64,000 nt of DNA from Candidatus Latescibacterota bacterium (GTDB lineage: Bacteria > Latescibacterota > UBA2968 > UBA8231). The stretch is taken from positions 1,088,001 to 1,152,000 of the forward strand of contig CBDCXV010000011.1 of NCBI GenBank assembly GCA_965223905.1. The letters are read 5' to 3'. Shown here piece by piece: positions 34,533-45,018 of this stretch. Position 1 is the stretch's first letter, and the number at the start of each line of letters is the position of its first letter. The notes under the pieces are model-generated. The model made no database searches. It was not told where the DNA came from and worked only from the letters and a program-made list of their open reading frames with translations. The translations under genes and the position numbers were made by a program.

Positions 34533-37049
34533 TCAGGGACCAGTGGGCACAGGGTCGGTTGCGCCCGTCCCCTCCATGACTCGCATCAGCTCGCCGTGCC
34601 GCTTGCGCAGCAGCGACGACCCGCCGACCGCGGCAAGCCCCTCTTCGAGGATTGCCGCCCGTCCCCTGACATCCTCCGGAGGCAGCGCGATCTCCCGCAG
34701 CAGGGCCCGCCGGATCGCCCGGGCCCGCGCCGCCATGGCGAAAGAGCCCTCCTCCCCGAGCCGCATGTAGTAGCCGGGATCCTCGAGATCCCCGAGCGCG
34801 GAGGCGACGATGGCCCGGAAGGTCCGCACCCCCATCCTGCGCGCCGCGGAGAACTCGAGAAACGGGTGGCCGTCGGTCAGCGGCGGAGCCTGTCCGCTCC
34901 AGCCCTCCAGCCCTTTCGCACCCATCAGGAAGAGGGAGAGCAGGTCGGGGACCTCGCCCAGGCCGTTGAGCGCCAGGTGGGGGCGAATGCCGCGGCGCTC
35001 GATGCGCTCCTCCAGCTCGAGCGGATCGATCACCTGCGGCTCCCTGGACAGGAGAAGAATTCCGTCACGGTTGTCCAGCCAGAGCGAGGAATGGGGGAAC
35101 GCCTCCATGGCGGAGCGCACCATCGAACGCACGTCCCCGGGGCTCTGGCCGTAGAAGGGCACCCACTGGGCTACGATTCCCCCGGGGTTCAGCACCCCCT
35201 CCGCTTCCTCGTAGAACCCGACCGTGTACAGGTTGGTCGTGCCGGCGCTCCAGGGCTGCAGCGGCTCGACGACGACGAGGTCGAAGCGCTTGTCCGTGGT
35301 GCGCATGAAGGCGCGCCCGTCGTCCCGGTGCAGGACCACTTCCGGCTTGTCGAGCAGGCCCTGATTGGCACCTGCGAACCAGCGCCTCGACAGCTCGATT
35401 ACCCCGGGGTCGAGCTCGACGCAGTAGAGCTCGCGGACTCCGTGCTGAAGAATGGCGGCGAAGGTCTGCCCGGTACCCAGGGCGATCCCGAGGATCCGTT
35501 CCGGCGAGGCTGCGAGCAGGGCCGGCAGGTGACCGAGGATACGGTGGCCCCCCCGGTCGGCGGCCACCCACGAGGAGTTGATCCACAGCCTGCGCGCCCC
35601 CGCGGAGTCCTCGGTGACCATGACGTCGCTCGTCGAGCCCTCCCGGAACTCGAGGATCTTCTCCCCCGGCCCCAGGCGCGCCCGGTAGAGGTCGCGCGGG
35701 GTGTCGACCGCGGCGACCAGAAGGCAGGCCGCTGCGCACAGGCATCCCGGCAGCAGCCAGGACCGGAGGCTGGCGCCGGTTCCGGCCAGGAACCAGGCGC
35801 TGAGCGCCGCGGCTCCCAGGACGAGGAGAGCCGTGCTCGTACGCGAGCCGAGCAGGGGCAGCAGGGCGAACCCCACGGCCAGGCTGCCGGCGACGCCGCC
35901 GAAGGTATTGGCCGCGTACAGGGAGCCGAAGGTGCCGGCGCTGCGTCCGCTCCGCGACCGCGCTCCCGCGAGGATAGGCAGGGCCGCGCCCAGCAGCCCG
36001 GCCGGCGGCGCCAGGATGACGATCAGCAGGCCGAACTCCGGGGTCAGGCCGGTCGCCAGCTCGAGCTCGAGGGAGAGGTCGCCGGCGATCCCCAGCAGGG
36101 CCAGCGGCACTCCCGCAACGGCCAGGGCGGCGAGGGCGAGCAGGAGAGCTGCCCGGCGGCGTAGCGACGCCAGGGTCCCGGAACCGCGGAGGGTCCAGGC
36201 CGCCAGGCCCCCGCCCAGGGCGATGCCGATCAGGACCGCGGCGAGCACCTGCGCCAGCGCGTACACCGTCGTCGGCACGACCAGCGAGACCATGCGCGTC
36301 CACAGGACCTCCGCCCCCAGCCCGGTAAACCCGGCCAGGCAGGCGGCAGCGGTCCAGGCCTTTCCGGACCCGCCTCCGTCCCAGGCACCGGCCCCGGCGG
36401 ACGGCGATTCGGCCGCGGCCGGCTCCGCTTCCCGGGCAGCGGGAGCGGGCAGCAGCGCGGCGACGGCCGCGGCGAGGAGAGCGCAGCCCATCCCGATCCA
36501 GATGGTCCGGGCGAGGCCGAACGACTCGATGGTCACGTACCCGGCGGCGAGGCACCCGGCCGCGGCGCCGGCCGTGTTCCACCCGTAGAGCAGGGCGGTG
36601 GCGCGCGACGTGCGGCCCTTGCCGCCGCGGCCGTGACTGCGGTCGAAGTGCTCGATGACCAGAGGCAGGGAGGCGCCGAGAAGAGTGGTGGGCAACAGCA
36701 GACAGGCCCCCAGCCCGGCGAGCTGCACCCAGAGGCCGGTTACCGGCGAAAGGCCGGAGGAGACCGCGAGGTCGCGCAGGGCGTGGGAAACCGGTATGAC
36801 CGGCACCGACAGGCCGGCGAGGACCGCGGCGGCGACCTCGACCCCGGCGTACGCCAGCAGCGGCCGCGGGGCGCGCCAGCTCAGGCGTCCCCCGAGCCAG
36901 GCACCGAGGGCCAGTCCGGTCATGAAAACCGCCAGCACCAGGGCCTGCGCCGTGTGCGTGGCGCTCGTGATGCTGGCGAGCCACCGAGTCCAGGCGAGCT
37001 GGTAGATCAGGCCGCCGGCACCCGACAGCAGCACCGCCAGGTAGGCCAT
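34533..37049 (-). CDS. Fused MFS-like membrane domain/spermidine synthase-like protein
   Basis: SGAGGLIYQLAWTR, LYGWNTAG and LYAANTFGG repeats; IALGTGQT, VELDP, DDGRAFM, LNPGGIVAQW. Confidence 0.88.
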   Translation of the reverse strand: MAYLAVLLSGAGGLIYQLAWTRWLASITSATHTAQALVLAVFMTGLALGAWLGGRLSWRAPRPLLAYAGVEVAAAVLAGLSVPVIPVSHALRDLAVSSGLSPVTGLWVQLAGLGACLLLPTTLLGASLPLVIEHFDRSHGRGGKGRTSRATALLYGWNTAGAAAGCLAAGYVTIESFGLARTIWIGMGCALLAAAVAALLPAPAAREAEPAAAESPSAGAGAWDGGGSGKAWTAAACLAGFTGLGAEVLWTRMVSLVVPTTVYALAQVLAAVLIGIALGGGLAAWTLRGSGTLASLRRRAALLLALAALAVAGVPLALLGIAGDLSLELELATGLTPEFGLLIVILAPPAGLLGAALPILAGARSRSGRSAGTFGSLYAANTFGGVAGSLAVGFALLPLLGSRTSTALLVLGAAALSAWFLAGTGASLRSWLLPGCLCAAACLLVAAVDTPRDLYRARLGPGEKILEFREGSTSDVMVTEDSAGARRLWINSSWVAADRGGHRILGHLPALLAASPERILGIALGTGQTFAAILQHGVRELYCVELDPGVIELSRRWFAGANQGLLDKPEVVLHRDDGRAFMRTTDKRFDLVVVEPLQPWSAGTTNLYTVGFYEEAEGVLNPGGIVAQWVPFYGQSPGDVRSMVRSAMEAFPHSSLWLDNRDGILLLSREPQVIDPLELEERIERRGIRPHLALNGLGEVPDLLSLFLMGAKGLEGWSGQAPPLTDGHPFLEFSAARRMGVRTFRAIVASALGDLEDPGYYMRLGEEGSFAMAARARAIRRALLREIALPPEDVRGRAAILEEGLAAVGGSSLLRKRHGELMRVMEGTGATDPVPTGP

Positions 37050-37056
37050 ACGAACC

Positions 37057-38658
37057 TTATACCGGCTCGTCCATGGCGCAGCGGAAGCCGGCCATGGCGC
37101 CGGCCCCCTTCCAGGCGTCCCGGTAGGTGCTCTTCAGGTTGCCGGCCGGCGTCACCCAGGAGCCTCCGCGCATCAGCGGACCCCGGGTGCGAGGCTCCCC
37201 GGTAACGGCGCTCCAGGGATAGGCGGACCAGCTGCCTTCGACCAGCTCCCAGACGTTGCCGGCCAGGTCGTGCACCCCCTCCGGCGTGCAGCCTCGCGCC
37301 CAGGAGCCGACCGGGGTGGTGTGGCCGACGCGGAAATCGAAGTTCGCCCGCCCTCCGTCCGGCTCTTCCTCGCCCCACGGGTAGGTCCGCCCCTCGGGGC
37401 CGCGGGCGGCGATCTCCCACTCGTACTCGCTGGGCAGGCGTTTGCCGGCCCAGCGCGCGTACGCACGCGCCCCCTCCTGGTCGATGAAGACGACGGGGTG
37501 GCGCTCCTTGCCGGGAACCGCCGCGAAGCCGCCGGAGGATTCCCTTGCGATGCCGGCCAGGTCGGGATCGGCCATGTCCTCGTGGTAGTGGCGCCCGTTG
37601 TCCGCGGCGTTGAGAAAGGCGGTGAACTCGCCGATGGTCACCGGACAGCGGTCGATGCGGAAGTCGGGAACCGTCGCCGAGCCGGCCGGGGAGTTCCCGG
37701 GATCGGTGGCGTCCGGACCGATGGGGAAGGTACCGCCGCGGATGCGGACCATCTCTCCGGGCACCGCATCCGGCGCGTCCGCCGGGGGCGCCGCGAAGGC
37801 GAACAGCTTCTCCAGCCCCTCGTCGGGCGCCTCCGCCACGCTGCGGTCCGACAGGATCAGCCGTCCCCAGGTCTCGCAGACGTGCATGTTGTAGACCAGC
37901 ACCGGCGACCAGGTCCAGTCCCACACCGGACCTCCCGAATCCTTCCAATCCGTGATCGGCCAGGTCTCCCGCGACCACGGATGCTGCACGCGGCTGAAGT
38001 TTGCCCGCAGGGTGCGGCCGCCGCGGCTGAGCGGAGCCCCCGAGCGGTCCATGGGGGCCATCGAGGCCCAGGGAATCGACAGCTCGATGACCCAGCCGGC
38101 GTCGGTGTCGAAGGGGTAGTTGAGGCTGCCGTCGACGCGCACCGCGGCGCGCATTCCCTCGAGACTCCAGGGGGGGCTTTCCGGGATCCTCGGATGGCTC
38201 AGGGGCAGGCCGCCGCGGTTGTACTCCTTCGGAAGCAGCATGTCCCAGACCGTGCCGAGGGCGTTGAACTCCAGCTCGATGTAGTCCTGGGCGTCCCCGT
38301 CGACGTCGATGAACATCTCGATGTCGTTGTCGTCGTAGATCTCCTCGTCCTTGTCGACCACGTGGGCGACCAGGTGGGGCTCCTCCAGCTCGACCGCCGC
38401 GTACAGATGCTCGTCGTCCCACAGCATGCGGGCGCGGGTGCGCAGGTGGGGTCTGGCGTAGGCGGTCGCCGATTGGATGTGCCCGAAGTCCGCGGTCCAG
38501 GGCGCCAGCTGCCAGCTCTCCTCGTCGAGCCTGCCGTCGACGGAGATGTCGCCGGCCGTCCGATAGACGACGTACTGCTGCGGCCGGAAGGGCCGCGGCT
38601 CATGGGTTCTTCTGGGCCGCGGATAGGCGAACCCCGGCTCGCGGTCGTATCGAGCCAT
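37057..38658 (-). CDS. CBM9-like domain fused to FGE-sulfatase (SUMF1) domain
   Basis: N-terminal VDGRLDEESW, MLWDDEHLY, IEMFIDVDGD, YIELEFNALG. C-terminal KRLPSEYEWEIAARG, YPWG, DLAGNVWE, RGGSW, GFRC. Confidence 0.88.
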   Translation of the reverse strand: MARYDREPGFAYPRPRRTHEPRPFRPQQYVVYRTAGDISVDGRLDEESWQLAPWTADFGHIQSATAYARPHLRTRARMLWDDEHLYAAVELEEPHLVAHVVDKDEEIYDDNDIEMFIDVDGDAQDYIELEFNALGTVWDMLLPKEYNRGGLPLSHPRIPESPPWSLEGMRAAVRVDGSLNYPFDTDAGWVIELSIPWASMAPMDRSGAPLSRGGRTLRANFSRVQHPWSRETWPITDWKDSGGPVWDWTWSPVLVYNMHVCETWGRLILSDRSVAEAPDEGLEKLFAFAAPPADAPDAVPGEMVRIRGGTFPIGPDATDPGNSPAGSATVPDFRIDRCPVTIGEFTAFLNAADNGRHYHEDMADPDLAGIARESSGGFAAVPGKERHPVVFIDQEGARAYARWAGKRLPSEYEWEIAARGPEGRTYPWGEEEPDGGRANFDFRVGHTTPVGSWARGCTPEGVHDLAGNVWELVEGSWSAYPWSAVTGEPRTRGPLMRGGSWVTPAGNLKSTYRDAWKGAGAMAGFRCAMDEPV

Positions 38659-39177
38659 CTCTCGCTCCTTTTCTCGACTCCCTGGTTCGGGCTGCTACGC
38701 AAGCCGGGCCGGCATCCGGTGTCAAGTGAAGTCCGGGGTTCGGGCGCTGGTGGAATCGGCCCGATCCCGTATTGCTTGACGGCAAGGAAGATCTACCCTT
38801 CTTCGGCATGATTCCTCCAGACCGGACCTACGGCATGAAGAACGCCATCGCCAAAATCCATGGTCGACGATTCCTTCATTAGTACAGTACGATGCGGAAC
38901 CGGCAGCCGGCTCCTTCGAGCGCCTCGGAGAGCCGGCGCGCTGTCTGTTCGACCCCCCGGAGCAGACGTGAAGCAGGAACCGCAGCGGGTGTCGTTTGCT
39001 TCGCTTTGCCGTACAGGCTCCGGTACGCGCCTCTCTCCTGTGCTGGCAACCGGGCCGCAGAGGTCGGGTTTCGGCGACTGTTTTCCGGGACATGCACCAG
39101 GCCCGGAAAAAACAAAATGAACTCCCCCAGCCGCGGATGAGCCGTAAAGGCAGACCTGGCCGCGGCCGCGAGCACCG

Positions 39178-40647
39178 ATGCTGTTCATCGACGACCATCA
39201 CATCCACTCGACCCAGGGCCCGGAGCGGCGTTTCCATCGCCTGAACAAGCACCCCGGCAACCCGGTGAAGGTTTTCACCGACCCCTGGGGCTCCTCGGTC
39301 GCCAACCACGGCGGCTTCGAGCGCGATCCGGAGACCGGGGAGTTCGTTCTCTGGTATTCTACCGGACCGGCAGACCCCGCGAACGTTGCCGAGCGGCGCT
39401 TCGTCTGTCAGGCGCGGTCGACGGACGGCCTCAGCTGGGATACGCCGCCCCTCGGGCTGTTCGAGTTCCGCGGCAGCCGCGACAACAACATCTGCGTCCC
39501 CGGCTACACCTATGCAGGGGTCTGCGACGATCCGCACGAGCTCACCGGTCCGGCGATTCTGCGCGACCCCCTCGACCCGGATCCGTCGGCGCGCTACAAG
39601 ATGGCCCTGTGGCGCTACAACCGCGGCCGCAACCCCGCTACCGGGGAGCCCCTCTACGAGTCGAAGGACACTCCCTACCCGACCGGCCTGTACACCGCGG
39701 CCTCTCCGGACGGCATCCACTGGCCCGCGCGCGAGCGCCTCGTCCACACCCATGCCGACGGGTTCGGCGACACCTACACCTGGATGCTCGACACCCTGCG
39801 CAGGGGGTACCGCCTCTTCGGCAAGCGCCTGTACTGGGACGACCGCTTCGCCAGCGGCAAGATCCGCCACGGCGGGCCGGGAACCTGGGTGCGGCTGCGG
39901 CATACCTGCTGGAGCCCCGACTTCGCCTCGTGGTCGCCGCATGTCCCCATCCTGCCGATCGACGGGGAGGATCGCCCCCGCGACCAGGTCTACATGAACA
40001 ACGGCTTCGTGTCCGACGACATGTACCTCGGGTTCGCCCAGATCCTGCACGCCCTCGACGACTGGGCCCTCGACATCGACCTCGCCTGCTCCCGTGACGG
40101 GGAGGACTGGCAGCGTCCCGCAGCGGCGCGGCGCATCCTGCCCCGGGGGGAGGGGGAGGCATGGGACAGCGGGCGGATGGCGATGTTCCCCTCACCCCCG
40201 GTGCGGGAGGGAGACCTGCTGTATTTCTACTACACGACCGGCGCCCAGTATCACAAGCCGGCTCCGAGGCGCGAGCTGCCTCCTGGGAGGGAGCGGCCGA
40301 ACGGCCTCTGCCTGGCGACCCTGCGGGTCGACGGCTTCGCCGGCATGCGCGCGGCCGGTTCCGGCAGGCTGCGCACGCGGCCGATGTTCATCCGGCACCC
40401 CGACCTGGTGATCAACATCGACGCCGAAGGGGGCGCCTGCCGGGTGGGCCTGCTCGACGAAGGCGGGGTGGAGCTGCCAGGTTTGGGCCTCGACGACATG
40501 GAACCGGTCGCCGACGACGCGGTCGAGCAGCCCCTGCGGTGGCGCGGCCGCGAGTCGGTATCGGAGCTTCAGGGACGCTGGATCTCCCTCGAGATCGAGC
40601 TGCGGGGAGCGGAGCTGTTCGCCGTGCACAACCGGACGCGGACCTGA
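39178..40647 (+). CDS. Five-bladed beta-propeller glycoside hydrolase-like protein (GH32/43/130-like) with C-terminal beta-sandwich
   Basis: MLFIDD, KHPGNPV, STDGLSW/SPDGIHW/SRDGEDW Asp-boxes, LATLRVDGFAG. Confidence 0.75.
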   Translation: MLFIDDHHIHSTQGPERRFHRLNKHPGNPVKVFTDPWGSSVANHGGFERDPETGEFVLWYSTGPADPANVAERRFVCQARSTDGLSWDTPPLGLFEFRGSRDNNICVPGYTYAGVCDDPHELTGPAILRDPLDPDPSARYKMALWRYNRGRNPATGEPLYESKDTPYPTGLYTAASPDGIHWPARERLVHTHADGFGDTYTWMLDTLRRGYRLFGKRLYWDDRFASGKIRHGGPGTWVRLRHTCWSPDFASWSPHVPILPIDGEDRPRDQVYMNNGFVSDDMYLGFAQILHALDDWALDIDLACSRDGEDWQRPAAARRILPRGEGEAWDSGRMAMFPSPPVREGDLLYFYYTTGAQYHKPAPRRELPPGRERPNGLCLATLRVDGFAGMRAAGSGRLRTRPMFIRHPDLVINIDAEGGACRVGLLDEGGVELPGLGLDDMEPVADDAVEQPLRWRGRESVSELQGRWISLEIELRGAELFAVHNRTRT

Positions 40648-40854
40648 GGAGGGAGTGGGGCCGGTGAAGGCACCGGGAGCCGGGCCATTGACGCGACGAT
40701 CCACCCTTCCTTCCATCCGCCGATCGGCGATCTGAGCATGCGGATGTGGGCGAACCAGGTGAGAGATTCGGAGCGAGCGCAACAGGGAGATCGGGAGCGA
40801 GGGTGCCGCCACCGGATCGGACGCCGCTCGGGATCCACTGCCGCGGGCTGACAA

Positions 40855-41487
40855 GTGACACCCCTGCCCGAAACGCCACTGACGACGACCACGCTGGCCG
40901 CGGATCCCACCCTGTTGACCCGCGAACTGACGACACCGGGCGGCATATCCTTCACGGCCCGTTTGCTGCGCCCGGACGACGCCGCGGCGCTGGGCCGCTA
41001 TTTCGATGGCCTGACCGATGCGATCAGGGAGATGTACGGCCCCCATCCCCTCGACAGCGGCCACGCCCTTCTCCTGTGCAGCGGGATCGACCATGCAAGG
41101 TGCCTGCGATACGTCGTCGAAATCCGCGGGAAGATCGAAGGGTACTTCATCCTCGCGTCGGGTCTCGGCGGAGGGGATGCCAGGCGCTACGCGGGCTACA
41201 ACCATCCGCTCGAGGCTTCCGAGTGCTGTACCTTCGCCCCGTCGGTGGCCGACGCCTACCTGTCCCGCGGTATCGGCAGCACCTTGATGCCGCTGGTCGT
41301 CGAGGCGGCTCACCGAATGGGCAGGCGGAAGATCGTGCTCTGGGGCGGCGTGCGCGGAGACAACCCGCGGGCGCGGCATTTCTACCGGAAGTTCGGCTTC
41401 GAACAGGTCGGTTCGTTCTTCGCCGGCGGGGTCGACAACCTCGACATGGTGCTGAATCTCGACGCATGGTCCCCAGCCCCGGGGTAG
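40855..41487 (+). CDS. GNAT family N-acetyltransferase
   Basis: VADAYLSRGIGSTLM, NPRARHFYRKFGF. Confidence 0.88.
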   Translation: MTPLPETPLTTTTLAADPTLLTRELTTPGGISFTARLLRPDDAAALGRYFDGLTDAIREMYGPHPLDSGHALLLCSGIDHARCLRYVVEIRGKIEGYFILASGLGGGDARRYAGYNHPLEASECCTFAPSVADAYLSRGIGSTLMPLVVEAAHRMGRRKIVLWGGVRGDNPRARHFYRKFGFEQVGSFFAGGVDNLDMVLNLDAWSPAPG

Positions 41488-41532
41488 TGCTCCGGTGTTT
41501 ATTGCTGGAACTGTACCCACCGCAAATGGTAT

Positions 41533-41820
41533 TCATCCAGCCTTGCGCAGACTTCCCACAGTGGACTCAGGACGGGTTCTGGCAAGGTCATGGATGGACT
41601 GGAGATTCAGCCAGAACTCGGGGCTCGTGCCGAGCGCCTGCGCGAACAGCCAGGCAGTCTCGGGCGTCACGCCGCGTTTTCCACGAGCGATCTCATTGAT
41701 GCGCTGAGTGGGAACACCGATATGTCTGGCCAAAGCCACCTGCGTTACTCCCAGTGGATCGAGAAACTCTCTTTGCAGAATCTCGCCGGGATGGGCGGGA
41801 ATCCTGTTTTCGGGCAGCAT
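41533..41820 (-). CDS. higA: HigA family antitoxin (HTH)
   Basis: HPGEILQREFL...TQVALA...RINEIARGKRGVT...FWLNLQ. Confidence 0.93.
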   Translation of the reverse strand: MLPENRIPAHPGEILQREFLDPLGVTQVALARHIGVPTQRINEIARGKRGVTPETAWLFAQALGTSPEFWLNLQSIHDLARTRPESTVGSLRKAG

Positions 41821-41838
41821 GGTTCATTCTCCGGGATT

Positions 41839-42129
41839 TCAGTGGTAATCGGCCAACCTGACGTCATGGGCGAAACCGGCCGACCAACGAAAGAGGATTC
41901 TCCATTGATCGTTGACCCGGATGCTGTGGAATCCACGCAGATTGCCTCGAAGTGTCTGGAGGCGATTGCCGGGCGGCGATCTCAAATCCTTGAGGTCATG
42001 GGCGGCATTGAGGATGTCGAGCTTGTCCAGGACGACCCTGAGCAAATCCTGGGGGAGTCGACGAACGCGGGCTGTTGATCGCCCGTGAAACAGGTCCTCA
42101 GTTGCCCTGTCACCGAATGTGGCTATCAT
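41839..42129 (-). CDS. higB: HigB/RelE-like toxin (plasmid maintenance killer family)
   Basis: DLRSPPGNRLQTLRGNLRGFHSIRVNDQWRILFRW...DYH; upstream of higA. Confidence 0.93.
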   Translation of the reverse strand: MIATFGDRATEDLFHGRSTARVRRLPQDLLRVVLDKLDILNAAHDLKDLRSPPGNRLQTLRGNLRGFHSIRVNDQWRILFRWSAGFAHDVRLADYH

Positions 42130-42325
42130 TCGTTCACGGTATCCGGGATACCATGTAAGATACAGGCGGTCGGCTGCCCAGCAATCTTTGTGTTCCTAGC
42201 TCGGTTTTGCCCGGGGCTATTTCCGTGCTTGGCCAGGCGGCACCTGATGAGGGTTGCCAATAAGCAGATCGACGGCTCTTCCCGTGGTTGACAAGGCAGG
42301 GCGATCTTCAGGAAAGGAAACCCCG

Positions 42326-43753
42326 ATGAACAGGTCTGATGCGGCTTCTTTCGACGAGTTCCTCGCCGGCGGGATCTTCACCTCGCCGGAGATCCGGACC
42401 AATCTCGAGATCCTCTGCGACGACTTCGGCAGCTGTTTCGCCGGCACCCCCGGGGAGGAGGAGGCCGCCCGCTTCCTCGAGGGCAAGCTGCGCGAGTACG
42501 GTCTCGACGATGTCCGCAGCGAGCCGTTCGAGTACTGCGGCTGGAAGCGGGGAGAAGCCCGCCTGTCGATGACCTCGCCGCGGCAGCGCGACCTGGAATC
42601 CCTGTCGATGCCGATGGCGGCCCCCGGCCGGGTCCGCGGGCGCGTCGTCGATCTCGGCTACGGCGCCCCCGAGGACTTCGAGGCCCACCGCGGCGAGCTC
42701 GCCGGCAGCATCGCCCTCGTCGCCGGGACCAACCCCCCGGGAGCGGACCGCTGGATCCACCGCACCGAGAAGTACAACCGCTCGGTCCTCGCCGGCGCCG
42801 CGGGGTTCATCTGGACCGGGCACACCGAAGGGGTCGGCCCCTTCACCGGGGCCGTCGGCTTCAACCGCTGGGGCCTGATTCCCGCGGTCATGGTGTCCAT
42901 GGAGACCGGGCTGCTGCTGCGCCGGCTCATCGGCCGGCACGGGGCCGTCGAGGTCGAAATCGAGAGCACGGATATACAGGAACGCATGACTTCCTGGAAC
43001 ATCATCGGCGACACCGGCGGCGGGGGAGCCCGCGACGACGGGGAGATGGTCGTCATCGGCAACCACTACGACGGCCACGACATCTCCCAAGGGGCCGAGG
43101 ATCCGAAGTCGGGGCTCGTGGCCGCGCTCGACATCGCCCGCGTGCTGCCACAGTGTGCCGGCCGCCTCGACCGCCGGGTGCGCTTCATCCTCTTCGGGGT
43201 CGAGGAGCTGGGCCTGATCGGGGCGCACGCGTACGTCGACACCCATGCCGCGGACATCGCCGACACCCGCTTCATGTTCAACCTCGATTCCGCGGGCGGA
43301 CGTGGAAGCAAGGGGCTGATGCTGTACGGCCCTGACACCCATCCGTACTTCCGCACACTGGCCACGGCCGGGGACGGGCTCCATGTCGAACGGGAAACCT
43401 CGCCGCTGGCGGAACCGCCCCACCTCTCCGCCGACCACTACCCCTTCGTGGCGCAGGGCGTCCCCTGCGGCTTCATCCGCGACCCGGACCAGGGGGTCAT
43501 CATCACGCGCTACTACCACACCCCCCACGACACGGTCGACAAGCTGCGGCTCGTCGACATCCAGCAGGCGGCCTTCCTGTGCGCGCGCCTGGCCTGGCGG
43601 GTCGCCAACGCCGGGGACTGGCCCGAGGTCAGGCCGGATTCCGCCGCGGTGGCCCGGGCCCAGGCGGAGTACGACGCCAGCCAGGTCAGCAGGCAGGTCG
43701 AGGCCCAGATCGAGGAGCTGCGGCGCCGGCAGCGGAACCCAGGGATGGGATGA
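42326..43753 (+). CDS. M28 family metallopeptidase with PA domain
   Basis: GNHYDGHD, GAEDPKSG, FGVEELGLIG, NLD, ADHYPF, YHTPHDT. Confidence 0.9.
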   Translation: MNRSDAASFDEFLAGGIFTSPEIRTNLEILCDDFGSCFAGTPGEEEAARFLEGKLREYGLDDVRSEPFEYCGWKRGEARLSMTSPRQRDLESLSMPMAAPGRVRGRVVDLGYGAPEDFEAHRGELAGSIALVAGTNPPGADRWIHRTEKYNRSVLAGAAGFIWTGHTEGVGPFTGAVGFNRWGLIPAVMVSMETGLLLRRLIGRHGAVEVEIESTDIQERMTSWNIIGDTGGGGARDDGEMVVIGNHYDGHDISQGAEDPKSGLVAALDIARVLPQCAGRLDRRVRFILFGVEELGLIGAHAYVDTHAADIADTRFMFNLDSAGGRGSKGLMLYGPDTHPYFRTLATAGDGLHVERETSPLAEPPHLSADHYPFVAQGVPCGFIRDPDQGVIITRYYHTPHDTVDKLRLVDIQQAAFLCARLAWRVANAGDWPEVRPDSAAVARAQAEYDASQVSRQVEAQIEELRRRQRNPGMG

Positions 43754-44166
43754 GACGCTGCCGGTTCGCGGGAAGAGGTTTGCACGTTCAACCTTGGACT
43801 CCTCCCGCGGACGGGCGCCCAGGGGCTTGGTGCTGTACGGGCAAGACACCCTGCAGTACTTCCCCGCCCCGGCCTAGTCCCGGGAGAAGGTCTGTCTGTC
43901 GAAGGGGAAACTTCGCCCCTGCGGACCGGCCCCCGGCATCGTTCAGTCCCCTCCGGTTGTGTGAGCATGGATAACCAACTAACTGCAGGCCGCCGGAGGG
44001 GACCTGTTCCACGAGTCAATCTCAAGTCCAAGTCAGACCCATTTCACCCCAAACTTTTTAAGTGAGTTTTTGAGAATGATGAACTGCAATTGCCGTGGAA
44101 GGACAAGTCAGAGGGTCAGGAAGTGATGAATAGCGAGCAGGAGAACAGCCACCATGGGAGACGTAA

Positions 44167-44651
44167 ATGATGAAAGCCTACCGCGTAGAGAAACAGATCG
44201 CCACAAACGGGGAACTAAAGCTTAGCGCCCTTCCTTTCCAAGAAGGAGATGTTGAAGTGATTATTCTGGATACTCACCTGTGGATCTGGCTGGCCGATGA
44301 AAACGAGCGACTGACCGAGGACCACAGGGATATTATTGAGGAAGAGCGGCGGGCGGGTCTTGGAGTATCGGCAATTTCATGCTGGGAGGTCGCCAAGTTG
44401 GTAGAGTACGAAAGACTGAAACTGGCCTGCCCTGTTGAGGAATGGATGATGGATGGACGCGGAGCTGGCCTTACCCGGTATTCAACAAATTGAATTGACT
44501 CCAAGGATTGCCGTGGCTTCGACCAAGTTACCCGGTGAATTTCACCGCGACCCGGCCGATCAAATCATCGTTGCTACCGCCCGTGAGTACGACTGTGAGC
44601 TACTCACGGTTGATCGAAATACTGCAGTACGCGCACGTAAAGACGCGGTAG
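44167..44651 (+). pseudogene. vapC: Fused antitoxin N-terminus/VapC PIN toxin, frameshifted
   Basis: MKAYRVEK...LPFQEGDVEV is antitoxin-like and runs into IILDTHLWIW, SAISCWEV, HRDPADQIIVATA, LLTVD (PIN). 7-bp duplication at 44442-44455 and an indel near 44618. Low GC. Confidence 0.8.
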
Positions 44652-44833
44652 GTTCACCCACTTTCCGAGGTAGATTTCCGTATCCGCTGTCCCCTGCTAT
44701 AGCGCGATATGCTCGTTCCCATACCTCGAAGCTCGGCGCGTCCCAACAATCAGTCGCCTTCTACCAAACTAACAGCCCGTTGATATAGTTGCTCTGCAGG
44801 GAAGGCTGGGTCTTGGCGGTCGAAGACATGGCC

Positions 44834-44890
44834 CCTGCCTGTGCCTGTCTGCGTGCGGCAACGCACAGGCAGGCGTCGCACGCAGACAGG
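44834..44890. repeat. Nested palindromic REP-like element (one copy inserted inverted inside another)
   Basis: 44834-44844 is the reverse complement of 44863-44873, and 44843-44857 is the reverse complement of 44877-44891. Confidence 0.75.
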
Positions 44891-45018
44891 CGCGACCGAG
44901 TGTAATCGCAGGGGATTCGGGGAGATCATGCCATTGCTGTCGGGTGGTTGCGGTCGAAGATGAAGCCACTTGGTCCGGCACTGCCGGGGTCGGAATCGGG
45001 TTCGCTGACTGCAGGCCC

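Noticed and set aside
38660-39177. Short ORFs in the divergent gap of about 520 bp
   Set aside because: No motifs or convincing codon bias; treated as promoter region or relic DNA.
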